Of a stretch of 64,000 bases of DNA, positions 41,228-50,169 are shown piece by piece. Numbering within the stretch: position 1 is the first letter of the stretch; each line of letters starts with the position of its first letter. The DNA is from Thioalkalivibrio sp. (GTDB taxonomy: Bacteria > Pseudomonadota > Gammaproteobacteria > Ectothiorhodospirales > Ectothiorhodospiraceae), in the NCBI RefSeq assembly GCF_007692535.1, contig NZ_REBW01000113.1, positions 3,762 through 67,761 on the forward strand, read 5' to 3'. Below the pieces are notes generated by a model. It searched no databases and had not been told where the DNA came from. It saw nothing but the letters and a program-made list of their open reading frames with translations. The position numbers were made by a program, and so were the translations under genes.

Positions 41228-41244
41228 TGCATGGCCCGTGCCAA
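41228..41244 (-). promoter_or_regulatory. Sigma54 (-24/-12) promoter of glnK-amtB
   Basis: Minus strand TTGGCACGGGCCATGCA has exact GG-N10-GC spacing. Confidence 0.82.
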
Positions 41245-41304
41245 CAGGCCTGAAAGGCGCTGCCGGGGCTTTTTCGATCAGAAGGAGGGTCCCTGCGAGG
41301 CATT

Positions 41305-41354
41305 TGCACCAACACGGCACGGAATGCGGGACCGCAGTGCACCTCGATGGTGCA
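41305..41354. promoter_or_regulatory. Paired NtrC binding sites
   Basis: TGCACCTCGATGGTGCA (41338-41354) nearly matches TGCACCA-N3-TGGTGCA; weaker TGCACCAACACGGCACG at 41305-41321, 33 bp apart. Confidence 0.8.
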
Positions 41355-41373
41355 GTGCGGATCGAATGCGGAT

Positions 41374-41439
41374 GGTGGAGGCCAACCCCGGGCCGATGGG
41401 TTTCCCGGCGCCAGATCGGCGAGAGGCCTCGCCGCCTGC
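41374..41439. repeat. REP family C doublet, degenerate copy
   Basis: Aligns by eye with 38344-38410. Confidence 0.65.
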
Positions 41440-41472
41440 GGGAGAAGGCTAATGCGGAGTATCTCGGCGTAT

Positions 41473-41976
41473 CTAGAGGGGGTCCGGGTCGAGAACCGTC
41501 AGCTCATCCGCCCCTGCAAAATTCCGCCAGAGATCGCTGAACGGGTGTGTGCCTCCCGGAAGCCGATGCCCCGGAGCCAGCATCGCCAGCGGGCCCAGCA
41601 CATAGGCCCGGCTCAGGATCTCGGGGTGCGGCAGGGGCGGTTCCACGGAGGTCTCGTCGCCCAATAGGAGCAGGTCGGCATCGAGCGTCTTCGGGGCGTG
41701 GCGCGGCTCATTCGGCTGCCGGCCCAGACTGCGCTCCAGATCCTTCAGCACAGGCACCAGAGCCTCCGCGGGCAGCGCGGTGTCGAATCCGACGCAGAGG
41801 TTCCAGTAGTCCGGCCCGTCATAACCCTCGGCCGGACTGACGCAGACGGGGGAGCGCCGCAGATCCCCAAAAGTCCGCTCCAGCGCCACCAGGGCCGAGC
41901 GCAGATTCCGCGCCGGATCGACGTTGCTGCCCAGGCCGACGAAGGCCCGCCGCGGGGACCGCTGGTCGATGTTCAA
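41473..41976 (-). CDS. folK: 2-amino-4-hydroxy-6-hydroxymethyldihydropteridine diphosphokinase
   Basis: AFVGLGSNV, LKDLERSLGR, PKTLDADLLL, LPHPEI; TTG start overlaps the folB stop. Confidence 0.88.
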   Translation of the reverse strand: MNIDQRSPRRAFVGLGSNVDPARNLRSALVALERTFGDLRRSPVCVSPAEGYDGPDYWNLCVGFDTALPAEALVPVLKDLERSLGRQPNEPRHAPKTLDADLLLLGDETSVEPPLPHPEILSRAYVLGPLAMLAPGHRLPGGTHPFSDLWRNFAGADELTVLDPDPL

Positions 41977-42326
41977 GAGCGACCGCGCTCGATCCGGATG
42001 CCCACCTCGCGGGCGCCGGGGACCGCGCCCGGCTTGCCCACCGTCAGCCGGATCGAGCGACTGCCGAAGCGGTCGAGCAGCGTCTGCGCGATCTCCTCGG
42101 CAAGGCTCTCGAGCAACACGTGGGGTTCCCGGGCGGCGATGGCGCGGATGCAGTCCGCCACGGCCTCGTAGTCGACTGTATCCGCGATGTCGCCGGAACG
42201 GGCAGCCACGAGCGTATCTGCTCCCATCTCCACATCGAAGCGCAGGCGGCGCCGGATGCGTTGCTCCCAGGCGTAGACGCCGATAACGGCCTCGACCTCC
42301 AGGTCGCGTAGATAGATCTGATCCAT
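41973..42326 (-). CDS. folB: Dihydroneopterin aldolase
   Basis: MDQIYLRDLEV..VIGVY.WE, DTVDYE, LLESLAEEI, KPGAVPGAREVGI.IER. Confidence 0.95.
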   Translation of the reverse strand: MDQIYLRDLEVEAVIGVYAWEQRIRRRLRFDVEMGADTLVAARSGDIADTVDYEAVADCIRAIAAREPHVLLESLAEEIAQTLLDRFGSRSIRLTVGKPGAVPGAREVGIRIERGRS

Positions 42327-42594
42327 GAAAGGCAGCCCCTCCCGCCGGGACGTGTAAACGATGCGCGAATGCGCAAGAATAACCGACAGAGACGGCCACC
42401 GCCGTTCGATCAACCACCTGCCGCCCACGCGCAGCTCGCGTCTGCCTTCGATGATCCACGAGTACTGGTACGAGCCCACCCGCCGCCCGCGCGTAAAGAC
42501 CTCTGGTCGATGGGTCCGCGAACGGTACGCTATGATCCCGACCTGCACACAGAGGGGCAAGAACGGATGGGCGACCCCAGGAGCATATCTGGCG

Positions 42595-43587
42595 ATGACC
42601 ACTCGATTCAGAGACCTTCCCTGGCAGCAAACGCCTGACGGCAGCCGACGCCGGGTCGGCGTCGAGATCGAGATGGCCGGGGTCGCGCTGGATGTAATGG
42701 CCGAGGCCGTGCGGGACGAGTTCGGGGGCCAGATCTCGTCGGAGGGACCCTTTGTCACCCACGTCCGCGACACCGAATTCGGCGATTTCGAGGTCGAACT
42801 GGATGCCCGGGTACTCAAGGACAGGCGCTACCGGGAGCACCTGAAACGGCTCGGGATCGAACTGGACGCCGAGGACAGTGCGACGCTGGACCGCTGGCTC
42901 GCCGACGCTGCCGGCCGGCTCGTTCCGCACGAAATCGTCGCCCCGCCGGTTTCACTGGAGGTCCTGCCGCGCATCGACCGGGTACGGGCCGCATTGCAGA
43001 AGAAGGGCGCACGCGGAACCGAGTCCTCGCTGCTGTATGCCTTCGGCCTGCAATTGAACATCGAGGCCCACAGCCTCGAAGCCGACTGGCTGACGTCCAT
43101 CCTCAAGGCCTTCGTATTGCTCTACGACGCCCTGGTCAAGGCCGGCAACATCGATTTTTCGCGGCAACTCTCACCGTACATCAAGCCTTTTCCCGGCAGC
43201 TACGTGCGCCATGTGCTGCAGCCCGGCTACCGCCCCGACATCCAGGAACTGATCGATGACTATCTCGAACACAACCCAACGCGCAATCGGCCTCTGGACA
43301 TGCTGCCCCTGTTTGCCTGGATCGACCGGGGCCGCGTGATGGCGGCAGCGGTGGAACGCGACCTGATCAAGCCCCGCCCGGCCCTGCACTACCGCCTGCC
43401 GAACTGCGAGATCGACGACCCCGACTGGACCCTCGCGCGGCCGTTCAATGGCTGGGCCCAGGTGGAACACCTGGCCGCGGACCCGGAGCGCCTGGCGGCA
43501 GCGGGCTCGGAATACCTGCAGCGGCCGGCCCAGGCCCTGGGGCAATTCGCCGACGAATGGGCGAAGCGCATCCGTGACTGGTTCTGA
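42595..43587 (+). CDS. Putative amidoligase (COOH-NH2 ligase, glutamine synthetase-like fold)
   Basis: RRVGVEIEMAG, PHEIVAPP, AFGLQLN, NPTRNRPLDMLP, RPALHYRLPNC. Confidence 0.8.
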   Translation: MTTRFRDLPWQQTPDGSRRRVGVEIEMAGVALDVMAEAVRDEFGGQISSEGPFVTHVRDTEFGDFEVELDARVLKDRRYREHLKRLGIELDAEDSATLDRWLADAAGRLVPHEIVAPPVSLEVLPRIDRVRAALQKKGARGTESSLLYAFGLQLNIEAHSLEADWLTSILKAFVLLYDALVKAGNIDFSRQLSPYIKPFPGSYVRHVLQPGYRPDIQELIDDYLEHNPTRNRPLDMLPLFAWIDRGRVMAAAVERDLIKPRPALHYRLPNCEIDDPDWTLARPFNGWAQVEHLAADPERLAAAGSEYLQRPAQALGQFADEWAKRIRDWF

Positions 43588-44419
43588 ACGGCACGACGCC
43601 ACCGATGCGGTGGATCGGGGGGGCGTGAAGCCCCGGCGCCCGCTGGTCGTCATCACCGGTCCGGACCGCGGCGGATGGCTGGCGTGGTTCTTCACGGCCC
43701 TGGCCGTGCGTCGCGCGGGTGGCCGCGCCGTCCACATCCGTCCGTCCCACCCCTGTCACCACTGCCGATTCGATGCCCTGATCGTCGGTGGCGGCGCCGA
43801 CGTGGACCCCTCCCTGTACGGGGATTTCGAGGGTCCCGGCGTGAGCGACATCCAGGCGGCGGAGCGCCGCTGGTCCCAGCGGATCTTCGGTTATGCCTTC
43901 TACCCCATCCTCTGGCTGCTGCGGCGCATGTTCCAGTCCCACGGCGGCACGCTGGACAAGGAACGGGACCGCCTGGAGAAGGCCCTGATCAACCGGGCAC
44001 TGGACGAGCACAAGCCGGTGCTGGGCATCTGCCGCGGCATGCAGCTGATCAACGTCGTGCTCGGCGGCACCCTGAACCGGAATCTGGATGGCTTCTACGT
44101 GGAGACTCCTCAAGCCCGCAGCCTGCTGCCAGTGAAGCACGTGACCCTGAAACCGGGGACCCGGCTGGCAAGCGTCTTCGATCGCGAAGACCTGTGGGTG
44201 AACGCACTGCACGACCAGTCGGTGAACAAGCTGGGAACAGGGCTGCGGGTAGCTGCCTGCGAGGCCACCGGCGTCGTTCAGGCCATCGAGGCCGTGCAGG
44301 GCTGGAGCGTCGGGGTGCAGTGGCATCCCGAGTACCTGCCGCAGAAAGAGACCCAGCAACGCCTCTTTCGGGCCCTGGTCCGGGCGGCAGCCGAGGGCAT
44401 GGAGGAAGAGCGGGCCTGA
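43574..44419 (+). CDS. Class I glutamine amidotransferase-like protein (peptidase C26/PuuD family)
   Basis: GGGADVDP..Y, PVLGICRGMQLINV..GG.L, GVQWHPE (Cys-His-Glu). Start uncertain; overlaps the amidoligase end. Confidence 0.85.
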   Translation: MTGSERHDATDAVDRGGVKPRRPLVVITGPDRGGWLAWFFTALAVRRAGGRAVHIRPSHPCHHCRFDALIVGGGADVDPSLYGDFEGPGVSDIQAAERRWSQRIFGYAFYPILWLLRRMFQSHGGTLDKERDRLEKALINRALDEHKPVLGICRGMQLINVVLGGTLNRNLDGFYVETPQARSLLPVKHVTLKPGTRLASVFDREDLWVNALHDQSVNKLGTGLRVAACEATGVVQAIEAVQGWSVGVQWHPEYLPQKETQQRLFRALVRAAAEGMEEERA

Positions 44420-45064
44420 TCAGGCCTCCGCAGGATAAGGGACGTCCAACCCGCCCAGGCCGCAATAACCCCCGGGGTTCTTCGCCAGGTACTGCTGGTG
44501 ATACTCCTCGGCGAAGAAAAATGCCTCGAGCAGTTCGATCTCGGTGGTGACCGGGCCGCGCCCGGCACTGCGCAGGGCCGTCGCGAAGCGCTCGCGACTC
44601 GCCTCCGCGACCGGAAGATGCTCGGGGACCGAGACATAGATCCCGGACCGGTACTGGGTTCCGGTATCGTTGCCCTGGCGCATGCCCTGGGTCGGGTCGT
44701 GCCCCTCCCAGAAAACCTGGAGCAGGGTCTCGACCGAAACGCTTTCCGGGTCGAAGACGACCCGCACGATTTCATTGTGGCCGGTCAGCCCGGAACACAC
44801 TTCCCTGTACGTGGGATTCGGGGTGTACCCCGCTCCGTAGCCCACTGCGGTGGTGTACACGCCCGGCTTCGTCCAGAACAGCCGCTCAGCGCCCCAGAAA
44901 CAACCCATGCCGAAGTGGATCGTCTGCATCCCCTCCGGATACGGCGGCGCCAGAGGCGCGTCCAGGACCGCATGGCGCGCCGGGACCGGCATCGCGGCAT
45001 CACGCCCGGGCAGGGCTTCGGAGGGGTCGGGCATACGGGTCTTGTGCATGGCGGCGAACAGCAT
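44420..45064 (-). CDS. msrA: Peptide methionine sulfoxide reductase A
   Basis: [42 protein letters not shown]. Confidence 0.97.
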   Translation of the reverse strand: MLFAAMHKTRMPDPSEALPGRDAAMPVPARHAVLDAPLAPPYPEGMQTIHFGMGCFWGAERLFWTKPGVYTTAVGYGAGYTPNPTYREVCSGLTGHNEIVRVVFDPESVSVETLLQVFWEGHDPTQGMRQGNDTGTQYRSGIYVSVPEHLPVAEASRERFATALRSAGRGPVTTEIELLEAFFFAEEYHQQYLAKNPGGYCGLGGLDVPYPAEA

Positions 45065-45074
45065 CGATGTTTCC

Positions 45075-46229
45075 TCAGGGTTTCCCGGCCGGTTCGATCC
45101 GCAGCAGCTCCCCGGGATCGTGATCGGTCAGCACGTAGATCAGGCCGTCGCGCACGCGCACGTCGCGGATCCGGCTGCCCCAGGCCTCGAGCATGCGGAC
45201 CTCGGACACGACCTCGTTGCCGGCATCGAAGCTTAGACGGGCCAGGTGACGGTGCGCCAATGCCCCGACCAGAAGGTCGCCTTCCCAGTCCGGGAACGCG
45301 TCGCCCCGATAGAAGGCCATGCCGGAGGGCGCAATCGAGGGGGTCCAGTGATGCAGCGGCTGCTCCATGCCTTCCTTTTCGCGGATGCCGTCGCCGATCG
45401 GCGCGCCGGAATAGTCGATGCCGTGGCTGATCACGGGCCAGCCATAGTTCAGGCCGGCCTCGATGATATTGATCTCGTCGCCACCGCGCGGGCCGTGCTC
45501 GTGTTCCCAGAGTACGCCGGTCTGTGGATGCAGGGCCATGCCCTGCGGATTGCGCACCCCGTAGGCGAAAATCTCCGGGAGCACGTCGCCGCGTCCGACG
45601 AAGGGGTTGTCTTCGGGGACCCGCCCGTCGTCGTGCAGGCGCACGATCGTTCCGGCATGGTCATCGAGGCGCTGGGCGCGCGGCATGTCGCCGCGGTCGC
45701 CGACGGACACGAACACGTAGCCATCCCGGTCGAACACGATGCGGCTGCCGAAATGACGGCCACCCCGGCTCGCGGGCTCGGCCGTGAACAGGACCTCGAC
45801 GTCGTGGAGGCGATCGTCCACGAAGCGGGCCCGCGCCAGCCGGGTAGTCACGCCGTTGTCCATCGATGCCGCATAGGTGAAATACAGCCAGCGGTTCTGC
45901 TCGAAGTCCGGATGCAGGGCCAGGTCCAGCAGCCCGCCCTGCCCGATCGCTGTGATCGCGGGCAGGCCGGGCACGGGGTCCGGCTGCAATGCCCCGTCCC
46001 GGAAGATGCGCAGCCGGCCCGGGCGCTCGCTGATCAGCATGCTGTCATCCGGCAGGAAGGCGATGGCCCAGGGATGCGTCAGTTCACTGGTCATCGAGAC
46101 GACCCGGTAGTCTTCCGAGGCGGCGGATGGCCCGCTGGTCTCCCCGGCACAGGCGCCGACCGTCACCAGGAACAGAAGCAGGGCAGCGCGCAGCGACAGC
46201 TGGGCGGGACGGAGCAATGGCAGCAGCAT
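45075..46229 (-). CDS. PQQ-dependent glucose/sorbosone dehydrogenase family lipoprotein (YliI-like)
   Basis: [52 protein letters not shown]. Confidence 0.9.
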   Translation of the reverse strand: MLLPLLRPAQLSLRAALLLFLVTVGACAGETSGPSAASEDYRVVSMTSELTHPWAIAFLPDDSMLISERPGRLRIFRDGALQPDPVPGLPAITAIGQGGLLDLALHPDFEQNRWLYFTYAASMDNGVTTRLARARFVDDRLHDVEVLFTAEPASRGGRHFGSRIVFDRDGYVFVSVGDRGDMPRAQRLDDHAGTIVRLHDDGRVPEDNPFVGRGDVLPEIFAYGVRNPQGMALHPQTGVLWEHEHGPRGGDEINIIEAGLNYGWPVISHGIDYSGAPIGDGIREKEGMEQPLHHWTPSIAPSGMAFYRGDAFPDWEGDLLVGALAHRHLARLSFDAGNEVVSEVRMLEAWGSRIRDVRVRDGLIYVLTDHDPGELLRIEPAGKP

Positions 46230-46293
46230 GTTTCCCCCAGGATTTTCGAGCCAATGCAGCTTTTGTCCGTCAGGAAGGCCGCAGGGTTCCGCG

Positions 46294-47307
46294 TCAGGGG
46301 CTTACTGGTGCATCCGGCATGCCCGCGCGGCCACAGTCGCGCGCGATGGCGCGAACCGCGGCCACCAACGCCTCGGCCGCACCGGCGCGCAGGCGGGCCC
46401 GCAGGTGTTCGACGAGGTCGATCTGGCGCGTCTGCAGATCCCGCGCCAGTGACATCAGGCCAGCGCGCTCGTCCTGCTGCCGCGCCAGTTCGAGTTCCGG
46501 GGCGTCGAACGGCAGGGTCAGGGACAACTCGATCAGCTTGCGCAGGCGCGCCGCGCCCGCCTCCTCCGAGGCCTCGGCCAGTTCTTTGCCAAACACCTGC
46601 AGGTCATGGATCTCGCCGAGCAGTTCCTGCAGCACCTTGAGCGCAACGACCTGCTCCGCCGCCTGCGGGAACGCGAGCGTCAACGGTTCGAGCAGGTAAC
46701 GCAGGCGCTTGCCGCTGATGCGCGCCATGTGCAGCGGCTGCTCGGAACTGTCGACGAGGATCTGCGCGCAGCGCAGCGAGAATTCACCGCTGGCATCCAG
46801 CAGCAGGCCGGCGGTGACCTCGGCAAAAACGGGTTCCGTTCCTTCGCCCCGGGTCTTGAGCCGTGCGCGCAGGGGCTTGTGCACCAGTCGGAACCGCTCC
46901 GCCAGCGAGGCACGCAGTTCCTCGTATTCCGACTCCAGGCGCCGTTCCAGGCGTTCCTGCAGCCAATCGAAGCCGGGCTGGTGATGCGGCTTGGGATCCG
47001 CTCGACGCTGCGCCAGCCGCGCCAGCTGCACCTCCGTATCCCGGGCTGCGCCGGTCGCCGCGACCACGGCCTTCAGGCGCCGCCGCAGCTTCGGGGTGAC
47101 GACGTCAGCGAGATACGGCCGATACGCCGCCTCGATGCTGCGGGCGCGCCGCATGGCGACCCGGAACTGGTGCACCGCCTCGGGATCCTGCAGGGAAGCC
47201 AACAGGGATTCGGCCACGGCGAGGCGCTTGCGCATCAATCGACGCGCCACCTGCCCCACCGGCCGGTGCAGATCGGACGGCTTGATCGTCAGGACCTTGG
47301 CTACCAT
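46294..47307 (-). CDS. CHAD domain protein
   Basis: EAVHQFRVAMRRARS, RDTEV, LHMARISGKRLRYLLE, LQELLGEIHDLQV. Confidence 0.85.
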   Translation of the reverse strand: MVAKVLTIKPSDLHRPVGQVARRLMRKRLAVAESLLASLQDPEAVHQFRVAMRRARSIEAAYRPYLADVVTPKLRRRLKAVVAATGAARDTEVQLARLAQRRADPKPHHQPGFDWLQERLERRLESEYEELRASLAERFRLVHKPLRARLKTRGEGTEPVFAEVTAGLLLDASGEFSLRCAQILVDSSEQPLHMARISGKRLRYLLEPLTLAFPQAAEQVVALKVLQELLGEIHDLQVFGKELAEASEEAGAARLRKLIELSLTLPFDAPELELARQQDERAGLMSLARDLQTRQIDLVEHLRARLRAGAAEALVAAVRAIARDCGRAGMPDAPVSP

Positions 47308-47376
47308 CCCGTTACGGTAATACGGGCATTGTTACAGTTTCCACCTCGCCCACCCGTGGTCGCTGGATTTGGCCCA

Positions 47377-48351
47377 TCAGTGCGCGGACTTTGCCGGGTA
47401 TGGGTGCGGCCCTCCACCCGGGCGGGTCCGGAACATGCGCATGGTCCAGAGGTACTGGGCCGGTGTCTCACGGATCGACGCCTCGATCGCCTCGTTCATG
47501 GCAACCGCATCCGCGTGCGCCTCGCCAGTGGGAAAACCCTCCAGCGGAGGCCAGAGCTTCAGCACGTACTGGTCCACCGTGTCGTCGTAAAAGGCAAAGC
47601 TGGGCAGGACGGCCGCACCCGTCAGGCGGGCCAGTCGTCCCAGCGCCGTCAAGGTCGCCTTCGGCTTACCGAAGAAGTCGGCGAAGACCGCACCCTCGGC
47701 ACCGAGGTCCTCGTCCGGCAGGTAATAGAAGAAGCGTCCCTTGCGGATCTGGCGAATCGCGGGGCGCAGGCCCTGCGCACGGGTGAAGATGTCGCCGGAG
47801 TAGCGGGTCCGGGAACGGTGGTTGATCCACTCCACCACCGGGTTGCGCATCGGCTTCGCGAACGACACCCCGTCGTACGACTGGCTCATGCGCAGGCCGC
47901 CATGATCCAGAGCCACCGAATGCGGTGCCAGCACGATGACCGGGATCCCGCGTGCGTGCAGGCGCTGGAAGTGCTCCTCACCAACCATCCGGATGCGTGC
48001 GGCATGCGTCTCGGGTGAGCCGAACCAAAGCATTCCGTAGTCCAACAGGCTGCGGGCGGCATACCGGTAATGCTCACGCAGCAGGTGCTGCCGCTGCGCC
48101 TCGCTCAATTCCGGGAAACACCAGGACAGGTTGGCCTGTACGATGCGCCGGCGCTTGGCCGCGCCGACGCGCATCAGCACCGCCAGCAGGGCCGCAGGGC
48201 CGCGCAGCACCGGCCGCGGCAGGGCGTGCAGCAGCCAGACCAGACCCAGCCCCAGCCAGGTGCCCCAAAAACGGGGGGCGAAGTGCTCGCGAGTCAGCGG
48301 CGCCCGGTAGGCATCATCCGCTGCCGCAACGGCCACGTCAGGACGGTTCAT
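47377..48351 (-). CDS. Lipid A acyltransferase, LpxL/HtrB family
   Basis: NLSWCFPE, acyltransferase HxxxxD (HSVALD), YLPDED, FFG..KAT, PAQYLW. Confidence 0.85.
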   Translation of the reverse strand: MNRPDVAVAAADDAYRAPLTREHFAPRFWGTWLGLGLVWLLHALPRPVLRGPAALLAVLMRVGAAKRRRIVQANLSWCFPELSEAQRQHLLREHYRYAARSLLDYGMLWFGSPETHAARIRMVGEEHFQRLHARGIPVIVLAPHSVALDHGGLRMSQSYDGVSFAKPMRNPVVEWINHRSRTRYSGDIFTRAQGLRPAIRQIRKGRFFYYLPDEDLGAEGAVFADFFGKPKATLTALGRLARLTGAAVLPSFAFYDDTVDQYVLKLWPPLEGFPTGEAHADAVAMNEAIEASIRETPAQYLWTMRMFRTRPGGGPHPYPAKSAH

Positions 48352-48689
48352 GGCTGACTGGAGGGCGGTTCCATCTGCTTCCGGGCCCTACGGGCGAAGA
48401 CCTCCATCTCCCTGGCCGCCTGCAGATCGCCCTTTTCGCGGGCCACGGCAATCCCCCGCTCACAGGCCTGCAGTGCGCGCGCGGGTTCTCCGATGGCCAG
48501 CAATTGCCTGGACAGCAGCTTCCACGCGGCCGAATAGGCCGGGTCCTGCGTCACCGCCTGCTCCAGGTGCGCGACGGCCTCCTCGCTCCTGCCGGCGGCG
48601 ACCAGGGCATTGCCCAGAGAAAGGCGCAGCATTGGCGAGTCCTGGCCAGCTTCGAGCATAGCCTCGAACCGCGCAATCATGTCCGCCAT
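48348..48689 (-). CDS. Tetratricopeptide repeat protein
   Basis: LRLSLGNAL, AVAHLEQAV..DPAYSAAWKLL, A..KGDLQAAREM.VF. Confidence 0.8.
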   Translation of the reverse strand: MADMIARFEAMLEAGQDSPMLRLSLGNALVAAGRSEEAVAHLEQAVTQDPAYSAAWKLLSRQLLAIGEPARALQACERGIAVAREKGDLQAAREMEVFARRARKQMEPPSSQP

Positions 48690-48776
48690 TCAGGTAACTC
48701 CGGTTTGTCCCAGCGCGGAGGTTAGCACAGCTGGAAGGGTGCTCTTGAAGCCGTTCGGGCATCCCGCCCACGACGG

Positions 48777-50156
48777 TCAGAAGAAGCTCGCACGGGGCTG
48801 GAACAACCGCTGCACCGCCTTCAGCCGATCACGGTCGGTCAGGAACAGGATCGCGTGATCGCCCGCATGGATCACGGTGTCGTGGTGCGGGATGATCACC
48901 TCGCGGTCGCGCACGATGGCCCCGATGCTGGCGCCCTTGGGCAGACTCAGTTGGTCGATCCGGCGGCCCACCACCCGCGAGTTCCCGGCATCCCCATTGA
49001 CGATGGTCTCGATCGCCTCCGCGGCGCCGCGGCGCAGACTGTGCACGGTGGCGGTACCACCCTCGCGGACCCGGGCCAGCAGCACCCCGATCGTGGCCTG
49101 CTGGGGGGACAGTGCGATATCGATCGCGCTGTCCTGCATCAGATCCACGTAACCCGGCCGGTTGATCAGCGCCATGACCTTGCGCACGCCCCGGCGCTTC
49201 GCCAGCATGCCCGAGAAGATGTTGGCCTGGTCGTCGTTGGTGACCGCGCAGAACACATCCATGTCGCCGATGCCGGCACGGTCCAGGAAGCGATCGTCGG
49301 AGCCGTCGCCAACCAGCACCTCGGTGCCTGCGGGCAGTTTCTGCCGCAGGTAGTCCGCGCGTTGTTGGTCGTGCTCGATGATCCTGACCTCGTAACGCCC
49401 GGTCAGCGCCTCCGCCAGGCGCCGACCGACATTGCCGCCGCCGCCGATCAGGATCCGCTTGTAGGGCTTCTCCAACCGCCGCAGCTCCGACATGACGGCC
49501 CGGATGTTCTTCTTGGCCGCAACGAAGAAGACCTCGTCCTCGGCCTCGATCACGGTGTTCCCATCGGGAGCAATCGGTTGATTGCGACGGAAGATGGCGG
49601 CAACGCGGGTTTGTATACCTGGCATGTCGGTGCGGATATTGCGCAACTCGTGCCCGACCAGCGGCCCGCCGTAGTAGGCCCTGACGCCAACCAGGGAAAC
49701 GAGTCCGTCGGCGAAGTCCAGCACCTGCAGCGCGCCTGGATGCTCGACCAGTCGCTGGATCTGGCTGGTCACGATGGCCTCCGGCGAGATCAGCATGTCC
49801 ACCGGAACCGCGTCCGGGGCAAAGAGCTTCGGATTTTCGTGGTAGCTGCGCTCTCGCACCCGCGCGATCTTGGTCCCGATGCCGAACAGCGTGGATCCGA
49901 CCTGGCAGGCGAGCATGTTCACCTCGTCCGAATCGGTGACCGCGATCAGCATCTCGGCATCCCGGGCCCCCGCCGACTCCAGCACGCCGGGATGGCAGCC
50001 GAAACCGTTGATGGTACGGATGTCCAGGTGGCTCTCGATCGCCTCGAGGCAGTCGCTGCGGGTGTCGATGACGGTCACGTTGTGACCGTCGCCGCTCAGT
50101 GCCTCGGCGAGGGACTGCCCGACCTGGCCGGCACCCACGATCACGATCCGCTTCAT
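48777..50156 (-). CDS. trkA: Trk potassium uptake protein TrkA
   Basis: Two RCK domains: IVGAGQVG, IAVTDSDEVNM, IGGGGNVG, HSLRRGAAEAIE. Confidence 0.95.
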   Translation of the reverse strand: MKRIVIVGAGQVGQSLAEALSGDGHNVTVIDTRSDCLEAIESHLDIRTINGFGCHPGVLESAGARDAEMLIAVTDSDEVNMLACQVGSTLFGIGTKIARVRERSYHENPKLFAPDAVPVDMLISPEAIVTSQIQRLVEHPGALQVLDFADGLVSLVGVRAYYGGPLVGHELRNIRTDMPGIQTRVAAIFRRNQPIAPDGNTVIEAEDEVFFVAAKKNIRAVMSELRRLEKPYKRILIGGGGNVGRRLAEALTGRYEVRIIEHDQQRADYLRQKLPAGTEVLVGDGSDDRFLDRAGIGDMDVFCAVTNDDQANIFSGMLAKRRGVRKVMALINRPGYVDLMQDSAIDIALSPQQATIGVLLARVREGGTATVHSLRRGAAEAIETIVNGDAGNSRVVGRRIDQLSLPKGASIGAIVRDREVIIPHHDTVIHAGDHAILFLTDRDRLKAVQRLFQPRASFF

Positions 50157-50169
50157 CCCGCGAGTCCTG

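Noticed and set aside
42327-42594. Open frames extending folB or the amidoligase across their divergent gap
   Set aside because: No motifs; both genes have better downstream starts, so this is probably promoter DNA.
48722-48745. TTAGCAC...GTGCT as a second CIRCE; also the half-site TAGCACTC near 63513
   Set aside because: The first has wrong spacing and degenerate arms; the second is a lone half-site inside tsaC.
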